From the NCBI GenBank assembly GCA_963700145.1, contig OY969474.1, positions 3,264,001 to 3,328,000 on the forward strand: a stretch of DNA of 64,000 nt, given 5' to 3'. The position numbers and the translations under genes are program-made. A model generated the notes under the pieces. The model had not been told where the DNA came from and did no database searches. It saw only the letters and a list, made by a program, of their open reading frames with translations. Origin of the DNA: an uncultured Acidobacteriota bacterium. Its GTDB lineage: Bacteria > Acidobacteriota > Thermoanaerobaculia > Multivoradales > UBA5704. Below, one piece after another: positions 48,658 through 58,183 of this stretch (its first letter is position 1; the number at the start of each line of letters is the position of its first letter).

Positions 48658-50082
48658 GTGAAACCCCACCCGCTCGACATCTACTGTCTCGCCGTCGGCG
48701 GGACGGGGATGGCGCCACTCGCCTGCCTGCTCCAGGAGCAGGGCCATCGGGTGCGCGGCGTGGACGGGCCGCTCTATCCGCCGATGTCGACGCTCCTCGA
48801 GCGCTGCGGCGTCCGCCCGCACGCCGGCTACGACCCGGCGCACCTCGAGCCGCCGCCCGACCTCGTGGTCGTGGGCAACGCCATCCGGCGCGACAACCCG
48901 GAGGCGGTCGAGGCCGAGCGGCGGGGGCTGCCGCTGCTGTCGATGCCGCAGGCGCTGGCGCGCTTCTTCCTCGCCGGCCGCCGGCCGCTGGTCGTGGCCG
49001 GCACGCACGGCAAGACGACCACGACCGCCCTCGCCGCCTGGGTGTGGACCGCCTGCGGCCGCGACCCCGGGTATCTGATCGGCGGCGCGCCGCAGGACCT
49101 GCCGGCGAGCTTCGCCGGCGGCAGCGGCGACCGCTTCGTCGTCGAGGGGGACGAGTACAACGCCGCCTACTTCGACCGCGGCCCCAAGTTCCTGCACTAC
49201 CAGCCGGAGACGCTGATCCTGACCAGCGTCGAGTACGACCACGCCGACCTCTACGCCACTCCCGAGGCGCTGCGCGCCGCCTTCGCGGAGCTGCTGCGGC
49301 TGCTGCCGCCGAGCGGGGCGCTGGTCGCCTGCGGCGACGACCCGGCGGTGCGCGAGCTGGCCGCGGCGGCACCGTGCCCGGTGGTGTTCTATGGCCTGGG
49401 CGGCGAGAACGACGTGCGCCCGGCCGGGCCGGTAGCCGCGACGCCGGAGGGGAGCCGTTTCCGCATCGACGATCCGGAGGCCGGGCCGGTCGAGGTCGTC
49501 CTCCCGGTGGCCGGCGCCCACAACGTCGCCAACGCCCTCGCCGTCTGGGCGGCGGCGCGGCGCGACGGCCTGCCGGCGCGGGAGGTGGCGGCGGCCCTCG
49601 GGCGCTTCCACGGCGTCCGCCGCCGGCTCGACGAGCTGGCCTCGGCCGAGGGGGTGACGGTGGTGGACGACTTCGCGCACCACCCGACGGCGGTGGCGGC
49701 GACGCTCGAAGCGCTCCGCCAGCGCTACCCGCGGCGCCGGCTCGTGGCGCTCTTCGAGCCGCGCAGCCTGACCGCCGGCCGGCGGATGTTCTTCGACGCC
49801 TACCGCGCCGCCTTCGCCGGCGCCGACCGGGTGCTCTTCTCCCCCACCTTCCACGCCGGCCGGCTCGACCCCGAGGAGCGCCTCGACTTCGGCGCCCTGG
49901 CGCGGGCGCTCGCCGCCGACGGCGTGCCGGCCGCCCTCTGCGCCGACGCCGAGGAGGTCCTCTCCCGTGCCCTCGCCGAGGCCCGGCCCGGCGACGTCCT
50001 CGTCACCATGTCCTCGGGCGCCTTCGAGGGACTGCCCCACCGGCTGGCCGAGGGTCTCTCGGCCCGCGTCGCCGCCGGCTGA
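48658..50082 (+). CDS. mpl: Murein peptide ligase (Mpl/MurC family)
   Basis: GGTGM..LA, YPPMST, GTHGKTTT, EGDEY..AYFD..PKF.HY, DDFAHHPTA, FEPRS. Confidence 0.85.
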   Translation: MKPHPLDIYCLAVGGTGMAPLACLLQEQGHRVRGVDGPLYPPMSTLLERCGVRPHAGYDPAHLEPPPDLVVVGNAIRRDNPEAVEAERRGLPLLSMPQALARFFLAGRRPLVVAGTHGKTTTTALAAWVWTACGRDPGYLIGGAPQDLPASFAGGSGDRFVVEGDEYNAAYFDRGPKFLHYQPETLILTSVEYDHADLYATPEALRAAFAELLRLLPPSGALVACGDDPAVRELAAAAPCPVVFYGLGGENDVRPAGPVAATPEGSRFRIDDPEAGPVEVVLPVAGAHNVANALAVWAAARRDGLPAREVAAALGRFHGVRRRLDELASAEGVTVVDDFAHHPTAVAATLEALRQRYPRRRLVALFEPRSLTAGRRMFFDAYRAAFAGADRVLFSPTFHAGRLDPEERLDFGALARALAADGVPAALCADAEEVLSRALAEARPGDVLVTMSSGAFEGLPHRLAEGLSARVAAG

Positions 50083-50088
50083 GCCGAT

Positions 50089-50568
50089 TTGGCCGCGCCC
50101 GCCTTCGAGATCCGGCCGTCGCCCATCCAGGGGTTCGGCGCCTGGGCCGTCCGGCCGATCCGCAAGGGAGCGCGCATCGTCGAGTACGTCGGCGAGCGGA
50201 TCGCCGCCGCAGAGGCCGAGGAGCGCTACGACGACGACGCCAGCGAGCACCCGCACGTCCTGCTCTTCACGGTGGACGAGGAGACGGTCATCGACGCCGG
50301 CGTCGGCGGCAACGAGGCGCGCTACTTCAACCACTCCTGCGCGCCGAACTGCGAGACCGTGGTCGAGAAGGGCCGGGTCTTCATCGTCGCCCGGCGGGCG
50401 ATCGCGCCGGGCGAAGAGCTGACCTACGACTACCAGCTGGAGCGCCCGGGGCGGGCGAAGGCGGCGTGGGCGCGCCGCTACGCCTGCCGCTGCGGCGCCC
50501 AGCGCTGCCGCGGCACCATGCTGGCGCCGCGGGCCAAGCGGAAGCCGAGGAAGCGAAGCGCGGGATAA
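50089..50568 (+). CDS. SET-domain protein with post-SET zinc motif
   Basis: S.I.G.G, EY.GE, NHSC.PN, GEELTYDY, CRCGA..CRG. Confidence 0.9.
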   Translation: MAAPAFEIRPSPIQGFGAWAVRPIRKGARIVEYVGERIAAAEAEERYDDDASEHPHVLLFTVDEETVIDAGVGGNEARYFNHSCAPNCETVVEKGRVFIVARRAIAPGEELTYDYQLERPGRAKAAWARRYACRCGAQRCRGTMLAPRAKRKPRKRSAG

Positions 50569-50581
50569 GGCGCGAAGGGGC

Positions 50582-51511
50582 CTACTTGCCCAGCGCCCTC
50601 TCCAGCCGCCGCTCGAGGACGTAGTCGCCGTCGAAGCGCTCCAGGGCGAGGGCTTCGCGCAGGGCGCCGTGGAGGGCGGCTTCTGGCACCAGGCCGACGA
50701 TCTCGCTGCCGACGACCTCGGTCCCCAACGCTTCGGCCTCCTGCCGCACGCGCGCCAGGGCCGCGGCCAGCGACGTGCGGCGGAAGTCGAGGAGGTTCAT
50801 CGACACCTGCGCCTTCCGCCGGCTCTCTAGGTAGACGCCGATCGCCCGCACCGCTGGCAAGCCCCCCTCCGCCCCCTCGCGCACGCGCGCCGCGATCCGC
50901 CGCGCCACGGCCGAGTCGTCGGTCTCGAGGACGACGTTGAAGGCGATCAGGAAGGGGCGCGCGCCGACGATCGTGCCGCCGGCCGTCGGATGCGGCCGCG
51001 GCGGGCCGAAGTCGGGGGCCCAGGCGGGGTCGGCGAGGCGCGCCGGCAGCCCTTCGAAGCCGCCGCGGCGGAGGTCGGGGAGACGCCGCCGCTCGGGGCG
51101 CCGCGCCGCTTCCTCGTAGAGGTAGACCGGCAGGTCGAAGCGCGCCGCCACCGCTTCGCCCAAGCGCACGGCCGCGGCCACCGCGTCGGCCATCTCCGCG
51201 CCGGCCAGCGGCACGAAGGGAACGACGTCCACCGCCCCGATCCGCGGGTGGACGCCGCGCTGGAGCGTCAGGTCGATCTCCGCGAGCGCCGTCTCGTAGA
51301 GCGCGAGGAGGGCCGCATGGAGCGGACCGGGCTCGCCGGCCAGGGTGAGGACGGTGCGGTTGTAGTCGGGGTCGGAGGAGACGTCGAGGAGAGCGACGCC
51401 GGCCGGCGAGGCGGCCGCGCGGGCCAGCGCGGCGACCGTTTCGGGGCGCCGCCCCTCGCTTACGTTGGGCACGCACTCGAGCCACGGCAAGGCGCGGCAA
51501 AGTATAGTCAA
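50582..51511 (-). CDS. ftcD: Glutamate formimidoyltransferase
   Basis: ECVPNVSEGR, GVHPRIGAVDVVPFVPL, GAR.FLIAFN, QVSMNL; start uncertain. Confidence 0.9.
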   Translation of the reverse strand: MTILCRALPWLECVPNVSEGRRPETVAALARAAASPAGVALLDVSSDPDYNRTVLTLAGEPGPLHAALLALYETALAEIDLTLQRGVHPRIGAVDVVPFVPLAGAEMADAVAAAVRLGEAVAARFDLPVYLYEEAARRPERRRLPDLRRGGFEGLPARLADPAWAPDFGPPRPHPTAGGTIVGARPFLIAFNVVLETDDSAVARRIAARVREGAEGGLPAVRAIGVYLESRRKAQVSMNLLDFRRTSLAAALARVRQEAEALGTEVVGSEIVGLVPEAALHGALREALALERFDGDYVLERRLERALGK

Positions 51512-51516
51512 GGGCG

Positions 51517-53631
51517 ATGGCGTACCGCGGGAACCCCGCTCTCCCAGCCGACACCCAGCGCCGGATCCAGGGCACGTTCGAGCAGACGCTCGATCTGGCC
51601 GAGGACGGCAACCGGCAGGAGGCGCTGCTCGGCTGCGACTTCATCCTGCGTATGGACCCGCGCTTCGAGCCGGCGCGCCGGCTCCAGGACCGGCTGCAGG
51701 AGGCGAGCGGCGCGGTCCACGTCCAGGACCTGCGGCTGGGGCTCGACGACGCGGCGCCCGCCCCGGCCGCGGCGGCGGCCGGGCCGGCGGAGGACCTCTG
51801 GGGCGGCCTCGACTTGGGCGAGCTCCCCGAGCTGCCGCCGCTCGACTTCGACCCCAAGGAGACCATCTCCCTCCCGGCGCCGGCGGCTGTTTCGCAGCCG
51901 GCCGGTTCGCAGCCGGCCCCGCCGGCCGCGGGCCATACCGTCGCCCTCCGCGGCGAGCTCACCGCGCTGCTCGAGCGGCGCGCCTTCGGCGATCTGCTGA
52001 CCGCCGCCGGGCGCGAGCGGGAGGCGGTGGCGGACGACCCCGAGCTCTTCGCCCTGGTCGAGACGGCGCAGTCGCGCCTCGAGGCCGAGCCCTACGTCGC
52101 CAAGTTCCTGGCCGGCGCGCGCGCCGCCCGCGAGGACGGCAACGAGATCGAAGCCGAGCGCCTGCTCGCCAAGGCGCGCTCGCTCGACCCGACACACCCC
52201 GGGCTCGCCGACCTCGCCGAACGCCCGGCCGCGCCGCCGCCGCCGCCGAAACCGCAGGCGGTGCCCTTCGCCGCCGACTCGCTCTTCTCGGGCGACACCG
52301 CCGAGTTCGAGCGGCGGGCCGTCGTCGGCGGCGAGTCGGAGAGCGACCGGCGCATCGCCGACCTCCTCGCCGAGGGGCAGGCGGCCTACGACCGCGGCGA
52401 TTACCAGAACGCGATCGACGCCTGGTCGCGCATCTTCCTCATCGACATCGACCACCAGGAGGCGGCGTCGCGGATCGAGCAGGCGCGTAAGCTCAAGGCC
52501 GAAGGGGAGCGGCAGGTCGAGGAGGTCTTCCATGACGGCCTGTCGCGCCTCGACGCCGGCGACACCGCCGCCGCCCGCACCGCCTTCGAAAAGGTGCTCG
52601 AGATGCAGCCCGGGCACCTGACGGCGCGCGAGCTGCTGCAGCAGATCGAGGCGGGAAAGGTGCCGGCGGCGCGCCCCGCCGCGCTGTCGTCGGCGGCGCT
52701 CGCGAGCCCGCTGCGGGACGGGACCGCCGGCGCGGCCGCCGCCGCCGAGCTCAAAGAAGAGATCCTGGTCCCCCCCGAGCCGGGGGAGGCGGTCTCCGGC
52801 GAGCGCCGCACCCTGCCGGCGGCGGCCAAGCCGGCGCGTCCGGCCCGCGGCCTGCGCACCTTCGCGCTCGTCGGCGGCGCGGTGGCGCTGCTCGTCCTCG
52901 CCGGCGCCTGGTTCCTCTTCCAGAACCGCGACCGCTTCTTCCCCAACTCGGCCGCGGAGCCGGCCGCCGCCGAGACCGACCCGATCGCGCGCGCCACGGC
53001 GCTCCACCGCGAGGGGCGGGCGCCGTTTGCCATCGCGCAGCTCCGCCGCCTGCCGCCGGGGGACCCCCGCTACCGGGAGGCGCAGGAGCTGATCCGGCGC
53101 TGGGAGGCGGAAGCCGCGCCGGCGGCGCCGACCGCGCCGGTCCTCGCTCCCGAGCTGGCCGCCCGCCGCGAGGAGCGCCTCGGGGCCGGGCGCGCCGCGC
53201 TCGCCGGGCGCGACTACCTGGCGGCGATCGCCGCCCTGGAGAGTGCCTCGGCCATCCAGCCGCTGGCGCCGCCCGAGGCCGGGCTCCTCCGCCAGGCGCG
53301 CGCCGGCCTCGAGCCGCTGGCGTCGGAGCTCGCGCTCTTCCGGCAGCAGGACTGGCAGTTCGTGGTGCCGCAGCTCTGGCGCCGGCGCGAGGCGGACCCG
53401 GGCGACCCGTCCGTCAACCGGCTCCTGGTCGACTCCTACTACAACCTCGGCGTGCAGGCGCTGCAGGGGCAGGACGTGGCGAAGGCGGAGGACCACTTCA
53501 AGGAGGCGCTGCAGCTCGCGCCCGGGGACGGCGAGGCGCGCCGCCACCTCGAGCTCGCGCGGGCCTACCGGGAGCGCGCGCCGGACCTGCTCTACCGCAT
53601 CTACGTCAAGCACGTCCCCTTCCGCGGCTGA
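51517..53631 (+). CDS. Membrane-anchored TPR-repeat protein
   Basis: TPR-like helices (GDYQNAIDAWSRIFLID, YYNLG..A...F..AL.L.P), single TM. Confidence 0.75.
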   Translation: MAYRGNPALPADTQRRIQGTFEQTLDLAEDGNRQEALLGCDFILRMDPRFEPARRLQDRLQEASGAVHVQDLRLGLDDAAPAPAAAAAGPAEDLWGGLDLGELPELPPLDFDPKETISLPAPAAVSQPAGSQPAPPAAGHTVALRGELTALLERRAFGDLLTAAGREREAVADDPELFALVETAQSRLEAEPYVAKFLAGARAAREDGNEIEAERLLAKARSLDPTHPGLADLAERPAAPPPPPKPQAVPFAADSLFSGDTAEFERRAVVGGESESDRRIADLLAEGQAAYDRGDYQNAIDAWSRIFLIDIDHQEAASRIEQARKLKAEGERQVEEVFHDGLSRLDAGDTAAARTAFEKVLEMQPGHLTARELLQQIEAGKVPAARPAALSSAALASPLRDGTAGAAAAAELKEEILVPPEPGEAVSGERRTLPAAAKPARPARGLRTFALVGGAVALLVLAGAWFLFQNRDRFFPNSAAEPAAAETDPIARATALHREGRAPFAIAQLRRLPPGDPRYREAQELIRRWEAEAAPAAPTAPVLAPELAARREERLGAGRAALAGRDYLAAIAALESASAIQPLAPPEAGLLRQARAGLEPLASELALFRQQDWQFVVPQLWRRREADPGDPSVNRLLVDSYYNLGVQALQGQDVAKAEDHFKEALQLAPGDGEARRHLELARAYRERAPDLLYRIYVKHVPFRG

Positions 53632-53640
53632 GGCGAGACG

Positions 53641-54282
53641 ATGCCGCGCCGCTGGGCGGAAGACGACGAGCCGACCCTTTTCGACCTGCCGCTCGACCCG
53701 GAGGCCGCGGCGGCGGAGGGCAAGCGGGCGCCGCGCGCGCCGCGCGAGGAGCGGCCGCACCCGGCGCCGGCGCCGACGCTGCCGCTCTTCACGCCGGCCG
53801 CCGAGGAGCCGCGCCCGCCCGCGCCGGTCCCGGCCCGCGGCGGGCGCGGCGGCGAGCGCACGGGCGCCTACGCCGTGGCGGAGCCGGCGACGCTCTCCGC
53901 CGACCGCCGCAGCCGCCTCTTCGCCGGCCTAGCCGACCTCCTGGTGCACGCCGCGGTCGGCGTGGCGGCGGCGGCCGGGGCGCTGCTACTGGGCGCGCGC
54001 CTGGCGCCGGCGCACTGGCCGGCCTTCGCCGTCTTCCTCCTCACCTTCTCCTTCCTTTACTCGGTCGTGCCGCTGGCCTTCTGGGGGCAGACGCTGGGGA
54101 TGGCCTGGGCGGGCCTGCTGGCGGTCAACGCCGACGGCCAGCCGCTCGCCTTCGAGCAGACCGGCCTGCGCTGGCTGGGGGGCCTGCTGACCTGCGCCAC
54201 GCTCGGGCTGCCGCTCCTCCTGGCGCGCCGCCGCTCCCTCGCCGACGTGCTGAGCCGGTCGGTCACGCTGCGCCGCCGGTGA
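53641..54282 (+). CDS. RDD-family membrane protein
   Basis: RL.A.L.D, GQTLG, R..G, L.D. Confidence 0.78.
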   Translation: MPRRWAEDDEPTLFDLPLDPEAAAAEGKRAPRAPREERPHPAPAPTLPLFTPAAEEPRPPAPVPARGGRGGERTGAYAVAEPATLSADRRSRLFAGLADLLVHAAVGVAAAAGALLLGARLAPAHWPAFAVFLLTFSFLYSVVPLAFWGQTLGMAWAGLLAVNADGQPLAFEQTGLRWLGGLLTCATLGLPLLLARRRSLADVLSRSVTLRRR

Positions 54283-55889
54283 GCGAGCCGCGCGCCACTC
54301 CGCGCCCCTTCGCGCCGCCGCCCGGCGAGCTGACCTCGGCGGGCGCGCGCCAGGCCAAGCAGCTCGAGGTCCTCAACGAGATCGCCCGCCTGGCGACTCT
54401 GGACGTTGGGCTCCGGCCGCTGCTCCAGGCGATCGTCGAGGCGCTGGCGCAGAAGTTCGACTGGGAGTTCGTGGCCTGCGTCACGCTCGATCGCGAGCGC
54501 GACCGCTTCGTCTGCGAGGCGCTGGTCTCCGGCGGGCCGACCGACGTCCACGTCGGCTACAGCCGCGCGCTCGGCACCGGCGTGGTCGGCGAGGTGGCGT
54601 CCACCGGCCGGTCGATCCTGCTCGACGACGTGCGCTCCTCCACCAACTACATCGAGACCGCCCCCGGCGTCGTCTCGGAGCTCTGCGTCCCGGTCAAGGC
54701 GGCCGGCAGCGTGGTCGCCGTCCTCAACGTCGAGAGCACCCGCCCGGCGGCCTTCCGCGGGCAGCTCGCGCTGCTCGAGACGGTCGCCGACCAGGTGTCG
54801 AGCGCGCTGACCAGCGCGCGCCTCTACCAGGAGGCCAAGCGCCGCGTGCGGCTGCTCGAGATGGTCAGCGAGGTCTCCAAGGCCGCGCTCGAGGCGGGGG
54901 AGCTCGAGCCGCTCCTCGACGGCATCGTGCGCTACGTCCACGAGCGCTTCCGCGTGGAGATCGCGGCGATCGTCCTGCTCGGGCGCGACGGCAAGGATTA
55001 CGAGCTGGCGGCGATCGCCGCCAGCGGCCCGATCGCGGTGGCGCGCGGCAAGCGCTGGCCGCTGACCTCCGGGGTCGTCGGCCGCGGCCTGCGCACCGGG
55101 GAGGAGCAGCTCGTGCTCGACGTCCGCCACGACCCGGACTACCAGCCCGACTTCCCGCACATCGCCGCCGAGTACGTGGTGCCGATCCGGCTGCGCGACC
55201 GGCTGCTCGGCGTCCTCGATCTCGAGAGCTCCTCGCCCGACCGCTTCTCGCCCGAGGACCGCCTGGTCTTCCGCACCTTCGCCGACCAGCTCGCCGGCGC
55301 GATCCACATCGCGGCGATGAACCGCGAGCTCGAGGACGCCAACCGGCGGCTCCAGGAGGCCAACGTCGGGCTGCAGCTGCTCTCGGCGCTCGACGGCCTG
55401 ACCGGCATCGCCAACCGCCGCCGCTTCGAGGAGGTCCTCGACCTCGAGTGGCGGCGCGCCTCCCGCGCCGGGCTGCCGCTCGCCATCGCCATGGTCGACA
55501 TCGACCACTTCAAGCGCTACAACGACGCGCAAGGGCACCAGCGCGGCGACGACTGCCTGGTGCGGGTGGCGCACGCCCTGGCCGGCAGCCTCCACCGCGC
55601 CGGCGACTTCGTGGCGCGCTACGGCGGCGAGGAGTTCGTCGTCGTGCTGCCGGGGAGCGACGAGGAGCAGGCCGTCGCCTACGCAGAGACCCTGCGGCGC
55701 GGCATCGAGGCGCTGGCGATCCCGCATGACGGCTCGGCGACCGCCGGTGTCGTGACGGTGAGCGCCGGCGTCGCCGCCGCGGTCCCCGAGCCCGGCGCCC
55801 CCCCGGCCGAGCTCGTCGAAGCCGCCGACCGCGCCCTCTACGCCGCCAAGCGTGGGGGCCGCAACCGCGTCGAGCGCGCCGGCGGCTAA
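54279..55889 (+). CDS. GAF-GAF-GGDEF diguanylate cyclase
   Basis: Two GAF domains; DGLTGIANRR, DIDHFK.YND, RAGD I-site, RYGGEEF. Confidence 0.93.
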   Translation: MSEPRATPRPFAPPPGELTSAGARQAKQLEVLNEIARLATLDVGLRPLLQAIVEALAQKFDWEFVACVTLDRERDRFVCEALVSGGPTDVHVGYSRALGTGVVGEVASTGRSILLDDVRSSTNYIETAPGVVSELCVPVKAAGSVVAVLNVESTRPAAFRGQLALLETVADQVSSALTSARLYQEAKRRVRLLEMVSEVSKAALEAGELEPLLDGIVRYVHERFRVEIAAIVLLGRDGKDYELAAIAASGPIAVARGKRWPLTSGVVGRGLRTGEEQLVLDVRHDPDYQPDFPHIAAEYVVPIRLRDRLLGVLDLESSSPDRFSPEDRLVFRTFADQLAGAIHIAAMNRELEDANRRLQEANVGLQLLSALDGLTGIANRRRFEEVLDLEWRRASRAGLPLAIAMVDIDHFKRYNDAQGHQRGDDCLVRVAHALAGSLHRAGDFVARYGGEEFVVVLPGSDEEQAVAYAETLRRGIEALAIPHDGSATAGVVTVSAGVAAAVPEPGAPPAELVEAADRALYAAKRGGRNRVERAGG

Positions 55890-56494
55890 CCCGCGCGCCG
55901 CCGCTCGCGCCAGAGCGACCAGGCGATCCAGAGGTTCCCGGCGAAGGTGGCGGCGGCGAGGACGGCGAGCGGCGGTAGCGCCGGCCAGAGGGCGAGGAGT
56001 CCGGCGGCCTGATAGAGCAGGCCGCAGACGCGGAACGGCTCGAAGGCGAGGCCGCCCAGGAGCCAGAGCGAGTGGCCGAGGAGGAGGAGCCAGAGGGCCG
56101 GCAGCGCCCAGGCCAGGTCCTGCCAGACGAGCAGGACCGACAGCGTCAGCGCCACCAGCGACAGGTTCCCCTGGACCGACAGCGCCCACCCCGCGAGCGG
56201 CGTGCCGCCCCGTCCCAGCCGCCGCGCCCGCACATGCCCGGCCACCTCCACCGCCCCAGCGACCAGGATCGCCGCCGACCAGACGAGCAGCACCGCCGCC
56301 GGCCCGCTGGCGCGCAGAGCAGCCGGCGTCAGCAGCGCCGCCGCCGGCAGCGCCAGCGCCCAAGCAATCCAAGGCCAGGGAGAGGAGAGGTAGGGCCGGC
56401 TCGCCGCCCGGAACCGGTCGCGCACCGCCTCGAGGTCGTCGCCATCCTGCGCCGGCGACCAGTCCACCAGCGGGTCGTACTCGGACGAAGGCAT
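55886..56494 (-). CDS. Hypothetical six-TM membrane protein
   Basis: GGAGGTG RBS before MPSSEYDPL; hydrophobic helices. Confidence 0.7.
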   Translation of the reverse strand: MPSSEYDPLVDWSPAQDGDDLEAVRDRFRAASRPYLSSPWPWIAWALALPAAALLTPAALRASGPAAVLLVWSAAILVAGAVEVAGHVRARRLGRGGTPLAGWALSVQGNLSLVALTLSVLLVWQDLAWALPALWLLLLGHSLWLLGGLAFEPFRVCGLLYQAAGLLALWPALPPLAVLAAATFAGNLWIAWSLWRERRRAG

Positions 56495-56564
56495 CACCTC
56501 CAGGATACGTCCGAGATGGCGGGATCGTTCGAGGAGGGGAAAATGCGCCGCAGGCCGCGTGCGC

Positions 56565-56903
56565 CTAGCGGATGTGTTGCAGGTACTCACGTCCCGGGTA
56601 GGACATCCTCGCCTCCGCCAGGATCCGCGGTCCGATGTAGGGGCTGAGGGCTTCGGGCGTCATCAGCTCGACGCTGCGCTGCAGGGCGTCTTCCAGGAGG
56701 GAGGCGAGGGCGACGAAGTGGTCGAAGGTCTTCTGCCCCGCTGTGAACTCGACGAGGAGATCCACGTCGCTCCCCGCGCGTCCTTCGCCGCGGGCGAACG
56801 ACCCGAAGAGCGCCAGCCTGCGCACCCCGAGCGCACGCACCTCAGGAGCCGTGCTCTCCAGGCGCTGCAGGAGGTCCTCGCGCGTTTCGACGGCGGCCGC
56901 CAT
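56565..56903 (-). CDS. MNT antitoxin reading into a truncated HepT/DUF86 start
   Basis: GVRRLALFGSFARGE...SDVDLLVEF..V.L.T..ALSPYI; the tail MSYPGREYLQHI resembles a HepT N-terminus and then stops. Confidence 0.75.
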   Translation of the reverse strand: MAAAVETREDLLQRLESTAPEVRALGVRRLALFGSFARGEGRAGSDVDLLVEFTAGQKTFDHFVALASLLEDALQRSVELMTPEALSPYIGPRILAEARMSYPGREYLQHIR

Positions 56904-56947
56904 GCGCTCATCCTCGCACAGGGGCGGCACACGCGCGATTCGTTGCG

Positions 56948-57040
56948 CTACTCCGCCTCCCGCGCCTGCTCGGTCAGGATCGTCAGCCGATTGTCGACCA
57001 TCTGGGCGAAGCCCTTTGCCCAGCTTGTAGAGGAGCGGCG
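56948..57040 (-). pseudogene. Decayed copy of the atpC 3' end
   Basis: Matches 63862-64000 (tccgcctcccgcgcctgctc..accatctgggcgaagcc..agcttgtagag) with an internal deletion. Confidence 0.88.
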
Positions 57041-57041
57041 C

Positions 57042-57114
57042 CGCCATCCTGCGCCGGCGACCAGTCCACCAGCGGTCGCACTCGGAGGACATCGCTCCCT
57101 AGGATACGTCCGAG
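57042..57114 (-). pseudogene. Decayed copy of the 5' end of the gene at 55886-56494
   Basis: cgccatcctgcgccggcgaccagtccaccagcgg..aggatacgtccgag matches 56440-56515. Confidence 0.88.
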
Positions 57115-57130
57115 GAGGCGCTTCTCAGTC

Positions 57131-57289
57131 TCAAGAGAGCTGCGGCCCTCCGCCTCGGCTCGTGTGCCAGAGACCGAGCACCTCGATGGCGTCTCCTGCT
57201 ATCGAGTAGTAGAGGTAGTAATGGATGCGAGAAAGGTGGAGCCGGCGGACGCCCGGGAACTCGAGGTCGCGGGCCCGGCTTCCGGCAAG
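57131..57289 (-). pseudogene. C-terminal half of a RelE/ParE toxin
   Basis: PGVRRLHLSRIHYYLYY..IEVLGLWHTSRG; no start codon or N-terminal half. Confidence 0.7.
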
Positions 57290-57291
57290 AA

Positions 57292-57507
57292 CTAGTCCCG
57301 GAGCTCGTCCAGCGGCTGCCAGCCGTCTTTCCCTTCGCCGCGTCCCGCTTGGGCCAGGGCAGCGGTCAGCTGAGAACGTTCCTCTGGTGTGAGGTCGAAT
57401 TCCTCTTCCGACTCCGAGACCAGCACGGTCACCACCTCTCCTTCACCAATCGCGCCGTCGGGAAAGTCCAGGTGTCCATTCACGAGCTTGGCAGTGAGGA
57501 CTTTCAT
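57292..57507 (-). CDS. Putative antitoxin of the RelE/ParE remnant
   Basis: 71 aa; EG.VVTVL..F.LTPEE..L..A..Q..RGE; directly upstream of the toxin remnant. Confidence 0.6.
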   Translation of the reverse strand: MKVLTAKLVNGHLDFPDGAIGEGEVVTVLVSESEEEFDLTPEERSQLTAALAQAGRGEGKDGWQPLDELRD

Positions 57508-57684
57508 GCAGCGATTCTAGCGTCGCTCGCGCTGTGCCGAGGTTCCAGATCTGCTCGCCCTCACGGAGAACCGGCTCGGCTAAGCGGAGCCAAGAACCGT
57601 TCGAATTGAGGCGATTCGGTCCTCTCGTTCGTTCTTCCTCCACCTGGCCTCAGCAATCTCTCGGCCAGGCATAGGAGAACGGAC

Positions 57685-58134
57685 ATGAGCCTCAGCAGGT
57701 CACGCGTAACATTCCTCGTCCCCGTCCTGTTGCTCGCCTCGGCGAGCTGGACGGCCGTCCTGGCACAGGGCACACCGCCCTTTTGCCCGGGAAATCTGGT
57801 TGCTAACGGAAACTTTACGAACGGACTCGTCGCTGGGAAGATGCCCAGCATCGGAGCGGTAGCCAACTGGTCTAGGGCCTACGAAACTCCTGACGTGAGC
57901 GCCGCCATGGGGTGTCAGGATGTCGGCGCGGTCGGCATGTGGGGAAACTTGAACACGACCATCGGTGAGGGCTTGCAGCAGAGCCTGGGCTCGAACGCGC
58001 TGGTCGCTGGCAAAACCTATCTGGTTGATCTCTGTGTCAGGCGGATCAACGACCCCGACAAGCAGAATTACGCCATTTTCAGGGTGCGTGCTTCCGCCCT
58101 CCCGAAGACATCCGCGGGAACGGCCGATACAATG
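57685..58134 (+). pseudogene. 5' part of a secreted PKD-domain protein gene interrupted by the IS1595 transposon
   Basis: AGGAG RBS, signal peptide, NLV.NG.F; in frame with 62404-63825 once the element and one TSD are removed. Confidence 0.88.
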
Positions 58135-58147
58135 GGCAACAATATAC

Positions 58148-58176
58148 TTGACACACCCGGCTAGCCCTGCTAGAGT
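58148..58176 (+). promoter_or_regulatory. Transposase promoter with its -35 inside the left TIR
   Basis: TTGACA-17 nt-TAGAGT; ATG follows 7 nt later (probably leaderless). Confidence 0.65.
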
Positions 58177-58183
58177 CCGGGGC

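Noticed and set aside
57965..58183. N-terminal extension of the IS1595 transposase
   Set aside because: It begins outside the left TIR, within the target gene; the promoter position supports ATG 58184.
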